Positions 47,101 to 61,965 of a DNA stretch of 64,000 nt are shown here, piece after piece. The notes under the pieces were generated by a model. That model did no database searches and was not told where the DNA came from. It saw nothing but the letters and a program-made list of their open reading frames with translations. Position 1 is the first letter of the stretch; the number at the start of each line of letters is the position of its first letter. The translations under genes and the position numbers were made by a program. The stretch spans positions 2,542,001 through 2,606,000 of the forward strand of contig JAYWIR010000022.1 in NCBI GenBank assembly GCA_036172245.1, given 5' to 3'. The stretch is from Raillietiella orientalis (lineage: Eukaryota).

Positions 47101-50100
47101 GGGGAGGAGTACAAAAAAGAACGAAAGGCCAACAAAAAAAACAGAGTTGCCACACAACTTGAGCTATTGGAAGAGGAGATAAGTAAAAAGGAGATCGCAA
47201 AAACAGGAACGATGTTTATTTGGGAGAAAAGGGGGGGGGGGAGGAAGCAGCCCTGAAAGTGCGATACCCTTTTGCTGAGAGTAGAATTTGAACCGCTACT
47301 GACAGCTTATTGCTCATCAGGAGCCACTCAGTCAATCTTTGGACCAAGGAAAGGAATCAGGTCTCTTGATACGAGGCTGATAAGTTTTTCCAACGTGGAT
47401 CCACTGGGACAATCAAAGATCTGCTTCCGCCCTCTCTCTCTTTCTTTCAATGGAATGCTATGCAATCGCGATGATGAGGGAAACCGAAAACACAAATCCC
47501 AGCATGAAGGAACCAATCACCCGAAACCGTCATTTGCCTATGATAGAGCAAGGTGGACGTAGGGCTCTGGGTAAACGAGACACATTTAGCCAAGTCTTAG
47601 GGTCATCTATTCAAGCGCTTGTTTGATACGAAGTCGGGATGTTTTGTTCCGAAAAAATAGTCATCCTTATTGAATTTTTTTTTTTTTTTCTTGCCGGTGC
47701 TCATTATGGGTGCCGAACCAAAGTATTTACTACGCAAGCACGATTCTTGCCGGTCATCACGTCAACGTGACCCCCCAAGCAACGGACGACCGCAGCCCTC
47801 CTAATGAAACGAATGCGACTCGGAAACGGTGGTCTGTTCCGACCTCTTCCGTAAACAACTCCTCCACGCCAGTTTCATTGTGTACGATGGCTGTACGAAG
47901 AGAGGTGGACAAAGTACTGAGAGAAACAAATGCGAAAACGCGAATGCGGGGCGAACACGGAATGGCGAGGGGGACGACGATCCAACAACACCGGCACCCT
48001 AAAGAAAAGCGAATCGGTGCTGCTGATGGCACCACATCCTTCCTTCTTCCTCGAGCGAGGCTTGGCTGGCACACGAGGAGAGGGAGCGCAGCGCCAACAC
48101 GGAGCTGCAGATCCGCAACGCAATGCAGAAAGCCCCACCGAACCTTTACAAGCGCGCGGTGGACACGCCGATCCGGGTTCGCCGGCTCGCTGACCCCTTA
48201 CGAAGTGCCGTGCGGGGCGGACGACGGATGCCACAGCTTCCGGAAGGCTTCCTCTCCCAGACGTCCGGTGCACTCTTCCGTGGGGGGCAGCTTGAAAGTG
48301 GATCTGATCTCAAATGCACGGCAAGGGAGGGCCATTCGAGCAGAGTGGGCGAAAGACATTGGCCCTGGGGCAGCTTTGGCTGCGAGGAGGAATCCTCCTG
48401 AATACGGAACAAGGACGATTCCTCTCTGCAGATTCTCTGCCCGTAAGCTAAACTGATCAAAACCTTCAGAGGGCGCGGGAGCTTCGAAAGCACCATCACT
48501 GTCACTGTTTGGGGAGAGTCCTTCCCCTGTTGCTGAAGTTTCGCCAAGCTCCGTCCCGTCCCGCGCATTGGCGAGCGGCACCCGGGTGCGCGAATCCAAA
48601 ATCACTGCCACCGCCGACGGAGCATTTCCCTTCAGACTACGCTGCGCAGCGCAACGGTCTCCCCCGCCCCTCCCTGCTCGCGCATTTCCTCCTCCTCCAT
48701 CAGGGAGGAAGCCTTGCACTCTGCAGCCGCTTGCGCTCCAAGGCGGCGCCCGCGGGCGGGCCCACATGAAGGAGGAGGAGAGAGCCTTCCTGTCTGGGGA
48801 GGTGGGAGCAAGGAAGAGGCGAACGAGCGCGCACCGGCCGGCAGCATCCACCTGCTTGTGCGCTGCGCAGGGATGCGGATCGGAGTCCCGAAAAGAGAGT
48901 GCTCGCCCTCGAAGCGCACCGATACGCGCAAGAAAGGTTTTTTTTTTTTTTTTTTTGGAATCGGCCATGAAGCACGAGCAAATGAATCTCAAGGAAGGCC
49001 GGCTTCTGCAATCTTCCTTTCACTTGCCAGAGTCTTGCGCATCAGACAGCCGATTTCGTATCTCGCTGGTAAGCACGCAGAAAACACACACACGAGTTTT
49101 CCCGAAAATTTTCTTGCATTCCCGAAGGCGCGGGACGTTCATGTCTGCGTGTGGACTCCTCGAGAAGGATCCACGTGTCTGCTTGTGATAGCAGCGTGCA
49201 ACCGGTGTTACGGAAGGCGAGCTCTGGTACAGACCGTGCCCTCCTGGAAAATCCTCATCTGCTTCGTTACACATGCGTGTCAGTCACCCGGTATCGAGCG
49301 CTCTTCCCTTGGGAGGTGAAAGGCGAACGGTCATTTGTCACAGGGGTAAACTCAAGGTCACTATATACGAGAAATCGTCACCCCGTGCATGTGAGCGATT
49401 ATTCTAGAATTTCGAAGGTGGATTTTTGTTTCTGATTCAAAGACTCCGCGGATTGCGAGGGTGACCCCAGGATATGGCCACCCTTTCAATGGGACACACG
49501 CTATATCCACAGGAATAAACTGTGAACCCACTTTCCAGGAAAGTCAAGCCAAACGTCTTCTTCTTCTTGATGTTTCCTAAAGAAATGAACTTTCCCCCGA
49601 TTTTCAGTGTCTCGACCTGGCACTTTGGTGTTTGGACCGTGATGTCACAGACGTTCCACTTGCGAGACACGGGATGCTACGGGATTCGCGAAACCAATCG
49701 CGCTGGATGGTCAACCCCGATCGCGTGCCGACGCGAACAACATCTCTCAGAACCGAGGTGAATCGGAGGCTGTTTTCTTTAAAAAAAAAAAAAAAAAAAA
49801 AATCTACAAGACATTACCAGCATACTGCCATCGCTTCTAAAGACTTGCCTTTATGGAATTCCCCTACTCCTCTCGGCATCATCTAACAGAATCACAACAT
49901 GGCCGAAGAACGCGTTATTCGCTTTAACAGAGAAGGCGGTTTCCGAGCACGCGAATCCAAGGTGGATATCCCACGTTTAGTAACGCATGTGTATTGAGCA
50001 AGAGTGTTAATTCGTGTCCGGCACAAACAGCTGACCTCCCATCAAGAGCAAAACATTCAAGTCAAGTCCACCTTTGCAGCGTGAAGTCACAGAAAGAAAG

Positions 50101-51061
50101 AAAGAAAAAAAGGAAACGTTCGAGCAGTACTTTGTCAAAAAGTGGTCAGATTGAGCAGCAACGATCCTTTCGAGATCTTAGCGCCTCCGGGGCCATTTCT
50201 CCAAACTTTGGACTTTTCAATGCATCGGCTTCGTCCACGACAGAAAACGAGCCACACCGCGGTTCTTGCAGCCCGTCGTGCGACGCATCTTTAAATTCAG
50301 TTTCCGCACCTTAATGACCATCAGCCTTTTGTGGTTTTGCTTTCGCTTGGTGCTCACGGAACTGAAAGTACCAATTTTTTTCTCTCCTCTTCTTCGATGA
50401 AAAGGGAAAAGTCACTACGAAAAGTTTCAAATACGTTCCTCGACACTTCTCACCAGATGATTCCAGAACATTCCTGGAACAATAATAACCAAAGTCGTGG
50501 TATTTTCTGCTGCTGCCCTGGGCCCGCCGCGTCTTCAAGCTCAGAGACCTCAAAAGCATTTTCAAACAGAGTGCTCACATGCAGTTTGGCTCTTTTCATG
50601 CCTTTCATCTCAGAAAAATGATATTCAACAACGCTGGTTGGTTCACACTCCCTTCCTAAAAGGTGAGATAATCCGGAAACATTCTGTCACGGAAGGGTCT
50701 GCAAGTGCCTAACGATTCTTTGTACCACAGATATTTGAAAGACCAAATCTCCACATCTGAGACGCGTGAACGACCCTCGAAGAAGTCTAAAGACGGGCGT
50801 GCAGTTTTCAAAAAAGTCGCCCTTCCTCTTGTTCGTATTCTACGGAATTCTGAAACAAAGGAATCTCTAAAGGAACTAGGTTTGTCTCCCATCACTAAAA
50901 ATTGGAGACTGCAGGTGCTTCCGGGTGCGGTAATGGCAGCAAAGGAAACTGTTCTTTCTTGCGTGTAATTCTACTCTTTTGAATGCTTCTCGATTTTTCA
51001 ACAGGAAGCATTCCTTTTAAGAAATGTTTTGTAGTCAAGGGCGCAATTCTAATTATATAAA

Positions 51062-51085
51062 ACACACACACACACACACACACAC
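51062..51085. repeat. (AC)12 microsatellite
   Basis: Direct reading of the sequence. Confidence 0.85.
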
Positions 51086-54000
51086 CAGATACGTGAAGAG
51101 CAAACACGACTCTGTCAACCTCATCGGCATCAATAGTGTTTGTGGGAGGGATCTGGCTGTTAAGAGACTCGGAGGGAAGATGCCTTTCAAAAGTTCTGAA
51201 GCTGGGGATGAAAAAAATGGATATCCCATGTACAATCTCGTCACCGAATGGCTCTTGAAGATTCAGCAGCCATCGGACACGAAATTGGATCGTCTAGGAT
51301 GAAAAAGACCTGCTTCCAACTGGTTCCATGAATCAACACGGACGTCATAATTTTTAACAGCTGCCGGACACGTCTCCATTTGAAAGTCCACTTTACACCT
51401 CGCTCGCACTTTTTTTATGTCCCTAACCAGTTCTTAGAGGGTTTCTTCATTGCTACTGTGTGGCCATCGGCATGATTGATACAACTTCCTTGCGTGGCGC
51501 GGTGCACTGCTTTCTCGTCCTTTGTCGCCATCTTACGTGCGTTTAGGAAACTTCAAAAGTGTCGAGGTACGCCAACCCGAGATATGTGGCCAATCAGTCA
51601 TGAAGGAATCGTCCAGAATGCGAAACACTTAACTTTGTCCAAATCGTAGGATGTGCCGATATGGCTGCGGCCACACTGCGAAGAAGGACCTTTGCCGAAC
51701 AGGACCTCCTTTAAGGACTGACTTTTAGCCTTCGGACACGATGAGATTGTATTGATGAAGTGTCCGGGAAATGGGCCTTTTTGTTCCTTTAGATATTTTC
51801 TGCCAACTCCCAAAACCCCAACAGTACTCTCTGCGCGCTTTCTAGCAAGTCCTTCACCTAAACGATAAACTTCGAAACTCATATCCATGTGTAAGAGGCC
51901 GCATCTTTCCCGTCGAAATCTTCGAGGCACCCTTTTCTTCTTTGTCTTTTGCGGATAAAGTCGTCTGCACCATCCTTCGAGGCTTCACTGCTTTACTTCT
52001 GATAGTGCAGATAAACGGTGTGAAGAGCGGAAAACGAACCTCTCCCTTCGAAAGCAATCCTTCGAATGAGTTCACGGCCTTCCTTGCGCAACGATCCTTT
52101 GGGTAACACGAAAAGCGAGGCAGAGGAAGAGCATTCAATGTGACGGATTTCAGAGGAGGGAAGACAAAAGATGGGCACATTTCTCTTCATTTCGCCGAAA
52201 GCACGGAGACGCAAGAGTGAGAGCAATTGAAAGATGGCAACCATTTTTACCGAGGACAGTGCACATTCTGAGATCCCGCATTTGCCATTCTTCCAGCTTC
52301 CGGTGGACTTTTTCCACATCGGATACTCTTTGGAGTTAAGAATCCTTTTTTTTAAAGGTCTTCTTTAGTCACCTCACCAGCATCTTACCATCCCAACGGG
52401 TGAATGCACGGAAAGTTTTCTCGGGAGAGTTTAGAAAATTTCAAGGCAACTTAGCAAACAAGAGCTCTGACATTGACCAGTCTAGATTGGGTTGTGATCT
52501 GCTTTCCTCAGTACCAAGACAGGAAACCGCTGAAGTGGTAAAGGAGCGGCAAGCATGAGAGGCACTTGCGAAATTCGACAAAACGCTGCCTCGTTCCATC
52601 CGTGGATGGAACGAGACAGCGATGGGCAGGGGGAACCTCAGGAGGTCAGCAGTCACGAGAGCACCTTCGCAAAGAGTTCGTAAAGATCCATCGTGGACGA
52701 CTAATCCAAGTTTCTTTACACCCGGCTGGATGAGCAGGGCCTGCGGCTGCAAATCCTTCATCACTTGCCTAATTACGAGGATTCCCCCACCGCATCCCCA
52801 TCCCACTCTGAGGTGATCCACACGCGTGCTCGCAGCTTTCCATCTCAAGGACCACCCACCCACTCAGGTTCTTTCCGCTGTAGAACTGTCTTTGTCTTCC
52901 AGAGCGCAGCTGTCCCTCTGGGCTGTGTCGTCAAGGATTCGTTCCCGTCGGATGGGGTGCGAGCTGGGATCGGAACGAGGAAGCAGCCAATTCAGCGTCG
53001 CATTAGAGAGCATCCAGTGTTCATCCAGTCTGATTTCGTGTTCGAGCGCCCCTGCGGTTTCCTAAGAGACTGATGTGTGTGGCTCTCTCTCATCGGGTTC
53101 TCTTTGGCCGCATTCTCTGACCGACGCTGCGGACGACACAGGCCGATTAGGGTTCTGGAGATGCAAAGGGAACAAACACAGTGTGCACCCGATTGGATTC
53201 ACGCGCACGTTGTCACTCGACGTGTAGGCGGCTGCTGCTCGACGAAGGAAAAAAAATCTCTGCTTGCAAAAAGTAGTCCGAACGGCTTGCAGGATTGCCG
53301 ACAGTGTTTGACACTCTCACTTTTCTGTCGTCATCCTCATGAAAGCTGTTCCCCCCGACCTTCTCCTGCAGGAACGGTCCCTTTCGGAGAAAGCCAAAAG
53401 TTCCGGAGGCATCCTTTCCGCTCCCTGGAGGACATGAGCGTTTCTCGCGCTATCGCAACTTTGTTTTTCACCGGTGCGCTCGGGTGGCACAGTTGAACCC
53501 CAGCGCTCTCGCAACGTGCTCGAGCCCCTCCTGCCAATCCGTGGATGGATTGGCAAGATCCTCGTTTCCTGGTGACGATTCTCTTCCTTCGGGACTGATC
53601 GCCGAACGTGCTCCAGACCACACGTAAGGTGCTCCCTGATAACTAAGATGGCTACAGCCTTCATGGCTACAGCAGGAGAGGTGGAAACCGGAAGAGGTTC
53701 TACATGGTCCGAGATGAGCGTGGAGCAGCGAAACGCTGTCAGAGAGATGAGCACCACTGGTAGAGATGGTCGCGGGGGAGGGAATGGGGGGAGAACTCAA
53801 ACGAGAAGAAACCTCAGCAATCACAAGAGCGCGTCACTGACCACTGCCCGGAGACACAACCGCAGGAAATTCCAAAGGGGGACCGCAACCCCAACACGAC
53901 CCCTTGCGTGCCTACACCCTCAAAGGCACGGAGACCATAGGGACACTGTTCAGGCCAGAGGTTCTTGACCTTTCTTTTTTGGCAGTTTCGCCGTGGACAG

Positions 54001-57000
54001 TGTCAAACCTGGAAAGCGTTTTCGACGTGGTTGCCAGGCATCCCCGAAAGGAATGAACTGACGGATCAGGGATTGTCGGAAAGCAGTTGAAGCAAGCACA
54101 TCTCACAGCATCCGGGATCACGCTCGTTTCGGAGCACCGTGTACCCGATTGCCGTGTACCCGGTTCCTACGTTTTCTACCTATCGAACCGGAAACAGGAA
54201 ACAGGGCGCACGGGGAAACGGGTCCCCACGGCAGCGGCGGCGACGATAGCTAAGAGTTCCTGCTCGACCTCGAATGGCATGAAAATCCGACCAAGGACAA
54301 ATTCAGGATGTGAGCTTCTGGAAATTCCTTGAGGAGGAAATCGGCTGCAGGCTTCTGCTGGAGACCGGCACACTAAGTCAGTACCGCCCTGAGGCCCTCG
54401 AAAACAGCAGGGAGTAACGTGAACCCTCCCCAATTGCGGATTCACAGAGTAGGTGGGGAGCGCTTGGGGAACAGATATGCCGCGACCGCTTTGTTCAAAG
54501 TTGAAACTCGATGGCAGCCCTGGGGACGTGACCACTGACCTTCACTCTTGATCCGGTTGGGTCAGCTGCTTCGACTTGATGCCTCCACGGGCATTCCGCA
54601 AGGAACAGGGAGCGATAGGGCATGAGGGGTCGTCCGCGCAGCGTGACCCGGGACCCGAAACAGCCCCCATGCTATCCGGAAAAGGGACTTCCCGTCCAGC
54701 ATCCGTCACAGACCAGAGAACGTGCGGATCGACGGTACCCACCCCACCCCACGCCCTACCAACGGAGCGTGCTGTGGTTCGCTGAAGCGGAAGAGGACGT
54801 GGGAGGCTCTTTGGAAGCGACCGAGACTGGCGGGCAAAACGAGCATGGAGAAAAATCATGGAGGTGCGGCGACGTCGGAGGGACTCCCATGACAGAAAGT
54901 GGGGGGGGGAGCCTCGCAGGAGACGGCAGCTAGGCAACTGGAGGCTGGCAAATGGCATCTCAAAAGGGAAAGCAGGGCGGACACTTTTGGGCGCCACTTT
55001 CTCCCGTGTACTCTTTTCTGCCGTGTCGCGCGGCTGCCTCGCTCCAGGAAGGACGCGAGGAGGCCACTCTGCTCAAAGTGCACGCAGTGCTACGAACGAG
55101 CGTCGCAAACACCCATCTCTTCTTGAGGACTACAAGAACGGCTGAATTTGGCAAGTTGGGTGCACCCCATCAGATACAAAGCCAGGGAGCACCGGGAAAC
55201 GAGAACGCGCTTGCTGTTCATCGTGGTCCAGTAGGAGTGCGCGTCGACGCATCTTCCGCGAAGATGTTTTCGCGCAACCCCGTGTTCCTTGCTCGCGCGG
55301 GAGCTCCCCGAGTCCGGAAGAGCGCGCGCGTCTTCTGCTTCCAGGAGGATCGGGACGAGAGAAGGTTCCTCCCTCGCGCCAGGGGTGAAAGCGAACCTCC
55401 GCGTCTTCGCTCTTCGCCTGAGGAATGGGCTTGGAAGGCGCATCTCGGCCGTGACGTCAAGCGGATGAGGACGAGGCACGAAATTCCAGGCTTCGCCCCT
55501 CCGGCGATCCGTCTTAATTAGAGGTGCGAACACCGCGTGCGGGAGCCGGAGAGGCGCTCCGTGCGACCGCCCCGCCGGTTCGCTCAAGAGTGGGGGTGGG
55601 CGCCTCCCACCAAGGACTGCTCGCACCGCTCCGCACGCTCTGCCACGAGAGCTGCGCTTCTCGGAAGCCCATCTTGACCCCCCAGGAGAATCTACAACGT
55701 GGTGGGAGGATGGGGATGGGCGGATTCCTTCCTGCGCCGTGCCACCGTCGGGTCTCCGTTTCGGGCCATCTCCGTGCGGAGCAACCGGAAGAGTGCATTT
55801 CGTCAGCATCGTCCGTGAGAACCCGCTGCTGATGGAGTCTTGCTCACCTCTCATGAGGAAGAAAAGATGGAGGAGGAGGTGCTTCGGAGACCTGTTCTCT
55901 GGCGCCGGCTGCACCCAGGCGAGCAGCGACTGTGTCCCTGGAGGTGCAGCATCGCTCACCGCCTCGCGAAGGTCTCGCCGCCGACAAAAGTCCTCTCTTG
56001 CCGCTTCCTCGAGCAGCAACGCCAAGGTTCACGCGGCGCGCTTCCCGACGAGAACGTGTCCGCGGAGGTACCCGCAGGACGTCGCAGGACCGCCCAAACG
56101 CCGAAGAGCAACGAGCGAGGAGGCTGCTCGTTCCAGAGCTCACGCGGCGCGGGGAGGGAAGGCTCGCCCCGCAAAGGAAGGGGGGAGGGGGAGAGAAGCG
56201 GCAGGCCGACCCGACGTGGAGCGAGTGATCGCGCCACGCGCGCCTCCTGCGCGCGCACGGGAAGACGCAAGCGCGCTGCTGCCTCGAGCTGGAGGAACAG
56301 CGTCCGAACGTGCCGCCCGCTTTCGGTCCCGCCGTTCCGGGATTCACCCGCCGGGGATGCCCGGGCGCTCGCAGCCAGGATGCGCCCGAATGATGGCGGA
56401 GGAGGATCGCTGGCGCAAAAGAGCGAGCTCTTCCCGTTCGGCTTAAGTGTGGGGGAGGGGCTGCTATTTTTAGAACTCAGTGGCGAAGCGAAGCGAGCGC
56501 CAGCAAATGAAGGAGGAGGATGAAGATGACAGTTACTGATGATTTCTTTTCGCGCGTGCCGGATATAAAAATAGGGGAGAGCACGAAGGCAGCGTCTGCT
56601 GCTCCCAATCAGATCCTTTGAGCTCGACTGCTGAGCCGAGCCTGGCAGCCCGTTATTTTTAGGAGGCAACGCCGGGGAGGCGAGCCACGTTGTCAACAAG
56701 GAAAACAAAGCGTCAAATCGAGGAGCGACCGTGGCCGCGAATGCCGGTGCGTCCTCTTCCCAAGTGGGCGCAGGGAAGGGGGAGAGGGGAAGTTGAAGGC
56801 GCGCGATTTCACCGCATCCGGCCGACCGGACGCCGGATCTCGTTCAGGACGAAACACATCCCCGATCTCTTCAGAGGATGAGGCGTGCATCGCGTGCTGC
56901 TTCTGATGAGGTGCTCTCGACTGAGAGCACCCGGCACCACACATTCCGGCGAGTAACGCGCCCCTGAACGCGCTTCAAGAGAGAGGCCAGTGAACGCGGC

Positions 57001-60000
57001 CCGCGGCTTCAGCCTGTTTCAGGAAGCAGAGTGCATTCGAAGTTCCCCCCGCTGCCGACGGGACTCCCCTTTCGATCCAGGAACGCGCCACCTCTGCTAG
57101 GACTTCCGAGCAGAGCCAAAAAGAAAGTAAGAAATGTAGCCTGAGTGGCATCTCCAGCATTTGGCACTCCTGCGTCCCGTTTTTGCGTGGCGCAAGAACC
57201 GGGCAGTCTCCCGAGGGAGCGTTTTCCCCCTGGTGGCACTCTGGCGCTGGGGAGCCCAGAGGGGTCGACGGACGGAGTGGAGCGAGCCGGGGTCGAGGAA
57301 CCGGCGCTGCGAGTCCACTTCCTTGCGATCCGTTCCGGGTCCTCTGCTCTCCGGGCCTCGCGAGCGCGGTTCCGCAGGGAGCTCTTTGCACGTTGCAGAG
57401 GCAGCATCAATCCACCAGCTCCATGGTACGAGACGGAGAGTCTCCCCCGAGAAGGGGATGAAAGGGAACACTTCCTTTGCACGACTGGTGGGGAACGGCC
57501 CCTCGATTCCTGGAAGGACTCCGGAGGGTCCACTTTCAATCTCGGCCTTTCAACGGGAGGCATCCGGCCACCACTAGTGTCGCACCCCAACAGGTCAGCT
57601 AGCGTCATCTTGCGGGAGGAACTCGAAACCCACGAGGCGCCCATAGACCCTTCTTCTTCACCGAGCGTCGAGGGGTTCGAATCCCCCGACGCTCGGTGCC
57701 ACGAGAGGAGAGACCACGCGGCCTCCGACCCGGACACCAGGTGTCCGGGGTGTTTTAATCCTGCGCTCTCTGAGCATGCTGCGAGCTGCTTGCCTCCGGG
57801 CGCCACTGCTGCCGACCTATCCCGGCTCCTCCTTTAAGACTCCACAACCCGGGCTAGGGGCCCTTCATGTCGTGCTCAGGTGGGTGGGGATGCTCGAAGG
57901 GGTTCCCTAGATTCAGAGCATCTTCGTTCAAATCCTCTGCAGCAGCTCCGGCGAGCCCCATCTGTCCCAAGGTAAGGCCAGGAGAGAGCTCCAGCGCGCG
58001 AGCTGCTCCTCGTCCTTTCCGGAGTGCCTCCGGCCGCCTCCAGAACGCTCGCGGGGACATGGCCGGCGACCTTATCCCCTGCTCGGAGCGCCGGCATCCG
58101 CTTCTGGACCCTTCGCCTTCCCCCCTTCCCCAGCGCTTGCTGGCTTACTCGAACGCATCCCCATCTCCAGACCCCGACCTCCGTCGTTCCTTTCCTGTTC
58201 TCCTGCAGAGATAGGCGGCTTTTCTGAAAAGCGAGGCTCTTGTGCACCGCGCGAGCTCCTCGCACAGGAAGCGCGTCGCACACACCCCTTTCGCTGTCAT
58301 GGCAGTGGCAGCAGCAGTCTTCCCTGTGTGGCATAGAAGGCGAATCTCGACGCGCGCTCCCGGTCAGCTGGAGGGGGGGGGAGGGCGGACGCCGGTTGCG
58401 CCTCCGCCGAGCAGCCGGGGTCGCGCGCGCATCCCCGTGCAAGGCTTCCGTGACGTCAGCCCTTTTCTCCCGCTGCGACACTCAGCAGCGCGTAGCTCGC
58501 ACGCGCGCGCTGGCCGGCAGCGCCACCCTTGCCCGGCCTTGAGCTCGAGACTACCCACCGCCGTTGATTTCGCAGGAGGCGTTCGCGACCTGGGAATCCC
58601 TCGCCCTTTCCGCGCGCCATCGCAGCAGAGTGTTGGTCCTCCGTCCGAAGGTCGGAAATCCCCGCTGCCTCCCGGCGCGAGACCTCGATCGGGACCTCCG
58701 GGACGCGCGCTCTAGCAGCTGCTATCGGACGCTACCCCGTTCCCCGCCTCCGTCCCGTTCGACCTCGACCCTGCTCCTAGCACCTAGCGTCTCAGGTCAG
58801 TGGCGATCTACGGCGACATGGAAGCGGTCGCCGTCCTCGTTTCTGCCGCAGGGTTCCGGCTGTTTGAGAAATGGTGGCTGCCTCTGACCCTCTCGCTCCC
58901 CGCGTTCCGGGCTGGCATTGGGCGAGGCTGGACGATTCTTTCCTCCCTCCTCCTCCGGCTACGAAGCAGGCTCTCGAGTCGCCGAGACGAGATTCCAGCT
59001 TCCGGACCAGTCACACCCAGGGAGATGGCGGTCAGCATCGCAGGGGCTCGCGGCACGCGCGCGGCAGTCTCTCCCGGCGAGCGGGCGCCACTCTCCAGAA
59101 GGTGCCACCCGACGCGGTCTCTCTGGAGAGTCTGCGCACACTTCTAGAAGGTTTCCTAGCCCAGTCCGTCGCGTTTTTTTTCTCCCACGCTTCCACCGTT
59201 TGCGCCCGCCTCCTCGCGGACCTGCAGAGGGCACAGTCCTCCCGCTGCCGTTTTGGGAAACCGTGTCTTCCGAGAGCCCTCCCCCGAACAGCTGAGGGTC
59301 AGTCCCATTCCCGAGCGGGGACCTTCCGCTGCCGCCGCTCGCACCCACGCGGTTACAGTCCGCGCGCGACCTCTGCAGTGATGACCTGAGCGCCCGCGAA
59401 GAGACACCCCTTCCGGAGTGTGTGCATGTATGTATGTGTGTGCGGAGCGGGGGGGGGGGGAAGCGGCCGAGAGGGAGACTCAACAGACTTTAGGGGAGGA
59501 AGCGACACCTGCTGGACCGCGTTCCATCGAAGCGCGCCAGCGAGGTGGTGCCAATGCCAGCGCGCCCTGATCGCGACTTCTCAACAAGACTGAATAAACA
59601 CCTCTGCACTCTTTGAGTAAGCAGATGATGCAGCAGCACCCACCCATTTTCCGCAGCTTTCGACCCGCCTCAACCGAAGACGCGCTCCATGCGCACCAAA
59701 GTTTGGTTAAGAGATGGCAGGCAGACATTGCGAAAGAGGCGCGCCGATCTCAGGAGAGCTCGGAAAATCACCTCGCAATGTGTTTCTAATAATAAAATGC
59801 AAGAGCGCGTGTTTCCAATAATAAAACAAAAATTTTATCATTTGAGATATGCAACTGAAATCGCAGTTTGCCAGACGTAGCAAGCAGATGCAACATCTGC
59901 AGCATATTCAGAGCGGAATTTTTGTTTTATTTTTTTTAACAAAAAATTATCCTCTGTTCGTACATGGAGGAAGCAGAGAGCTTCGCAGCATAAGAGGATA

Positions 60001-61885
60001 GAAGAATAGGGTTCGAGGAAGGTCACTAAAGATCTATCGAATTACTAAGCAGTTCAACCACTGCCACATGTACCACTACGTGTACGTTGGCACACCTGAG
60101 ACAGTGCCCTGCATACCGAAAGATGGCGGCTTCCCGACTCCACAACAATTGACAACTTCCGACTCGAAAATGAAGGGTTACCAACTCTTGTGAGAATCCA
60201 CTTCTTATTGCTCCTGCAAGGAAGAGTCTGAAACTCACTGCTCTGCGTCGTGCTTTCTTTTCCTACTAGAACCTAAAATTCCCTTCGTTTTACTTTACTA
60301 CTACGTTTCCAACTTCTTATTTTTACAGAAACCAAGTGATCTTGTCTAATCAGCCTCCTTCAAGATTTGCTAAAACTGTGCACTCGTTTTCGCAAAACAC
60401 TGCGAGGAAGTAAATAAATAAATAAAAGAATTTCCATCTGTAGATTTTAGTTCCAATAATAAAACGGGAACGGTTTACCAAAAGAATAAAAAAAAAAAAC
60501 TAGATAAAGGCAGATATACGCAAAAGCCTTACGAAATCCAGCTCTCTCGGGAGAATAAAAATCAGTTGGTGAACGCATCACGGATTCCGTTGTTGAAAAA
60601 AAAACGCAGCCATACCGAAGCGAATTCTACTCAAAAATGAAAGCCAAAATTTCTCTGCATCCGGCGCCCTCACTAAAATTGCAAAAGTTTAGTTGCTTCA
60701 GTGATGAGCTCCGGTTTGCACGATCCCTCAAAAAAGATGACATCGCCTTTATTAGTCTTCACAAAAAATTGGCAAGGTTACTTAGATTTGCATAACTAAA
60801 CCAAGGTTTGCATAATTAGACCCTATGATGGTGAATCGGATTTGTTTTTTTTCTTCTGAGAAGCGAGAAGAAAATCTTTGCGTTATGCTGCTTATTTTTA
60901 CTTCTTTTTTGTCAGAAAAGCCTCCCTCAGAAAGTGTGCCCTGCATCCAAGTATGAAATGGCCTTTGTGGAGAAGGAAGGAAAGACACGAGCCTTCATCT
61001 TCAACCATGGACTGGCATCTCTACGTCATACGTCTCGGAACATAGGAAACAAAATGGCGCCCGCAAATGACTGGGGCATGGCTTTTACAGTAAGGTAGCA
61101 CAAACCACGCGATTCAAAGATGCGCACATTGCTAATGTTATTACTGGGTTCAATCCCTGTGTTCTAGCATTCATATGAGTTAGGGCTGCTCATCCGAAGA
61201 AGCAAAGAACATATTGGTCGTTCTACTATGACAGGAAGGTTGAGGAAAGTTGCCAAGCCTTACAATAATCGTCGCGCTTTAATACTGTGATTTACTAGCT
61301 TTTGACGTGTTCTATTGTGGAGTCTGAAAAATGAATATGAATAGCAAGAATCTCAAATAAAGTCCAGACTACATTTCTAATCATGAAGAAAGAGTCTTAA
61401 TTCATAAATGCTCATCCATGAACGAAATCAACACATCATAAATAGGTCGATCACACGGCATTGGAATAGCGTGATTTTGCTAAATTTTGCTGAAACGAAT
61501 CGCAAAAAAAAAAAAAAAAAAAATGGTATTCGTCAACTTGCTATGGGCACACACTAATCGTATCATAAGGAAATGCTTTGACCTGAAGAGCAAAAATCGA
61601 TATGGAATGACAGTAATCTCTCATTATTAGCTACAGATGATTCCGCGCGTCAGTCATGAAGACGGCTAGGAAGAGCTTCCAGAACCCTTTGCAATGAGCA
61701 AAGGGCCAGAGGACAACGCTCCTCGTTTCGTGGCAAAGCACGACGTGCCGAGACACTTTAGCAGCTGGTCCTGGTTAGCAGGGGCGGGGGGCAGCCTGCT
61801 CTCCTTTCCGGAACCGGATTCGGAGAACGGCTTCGCGACTGCAAAGGTTTCTCTTTATGTAGCCCCTTGCGCACCATCGCAGCAG

Positions 61886-61958
61886 GGTTTCGTGGTGTAG
61901 CGGTTATCACGTCTGCTTTACACGCAGAAGGTCCCCGGTTCGATCCCGGGCGAAACCA
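61886..61958 (+). tRNA. tRNA-Val-TAC: tRNA-Val (anticodon TAC), intronless, 73 nt
   Basis: Acceptor stem GGTTTCG/CGAAACC plus discriminator A, D-arm GTG-TAGCGGTTAT-CAC, anticodon arm TCTGC-TTTACAC-GCAGA, T-arm CCCGG-TTCGATC-CCGGG. Confidence 0.97.
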
Positions 61959-61965
61959 ACTCGAG

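Noticed and set aside
55000..59500. Long ORFs of 200-311 aa on both strands
   Set aside because: Very high GC explains stop-codon scarcity. No consistent coding frame and no recognisable homology.
59480..59646. Minus-strand ORF starting MGGCCCIIC (lipidation-like N-terminus)
   Set aside because: No convincing donor in the phase needed to join prickle and no other support.
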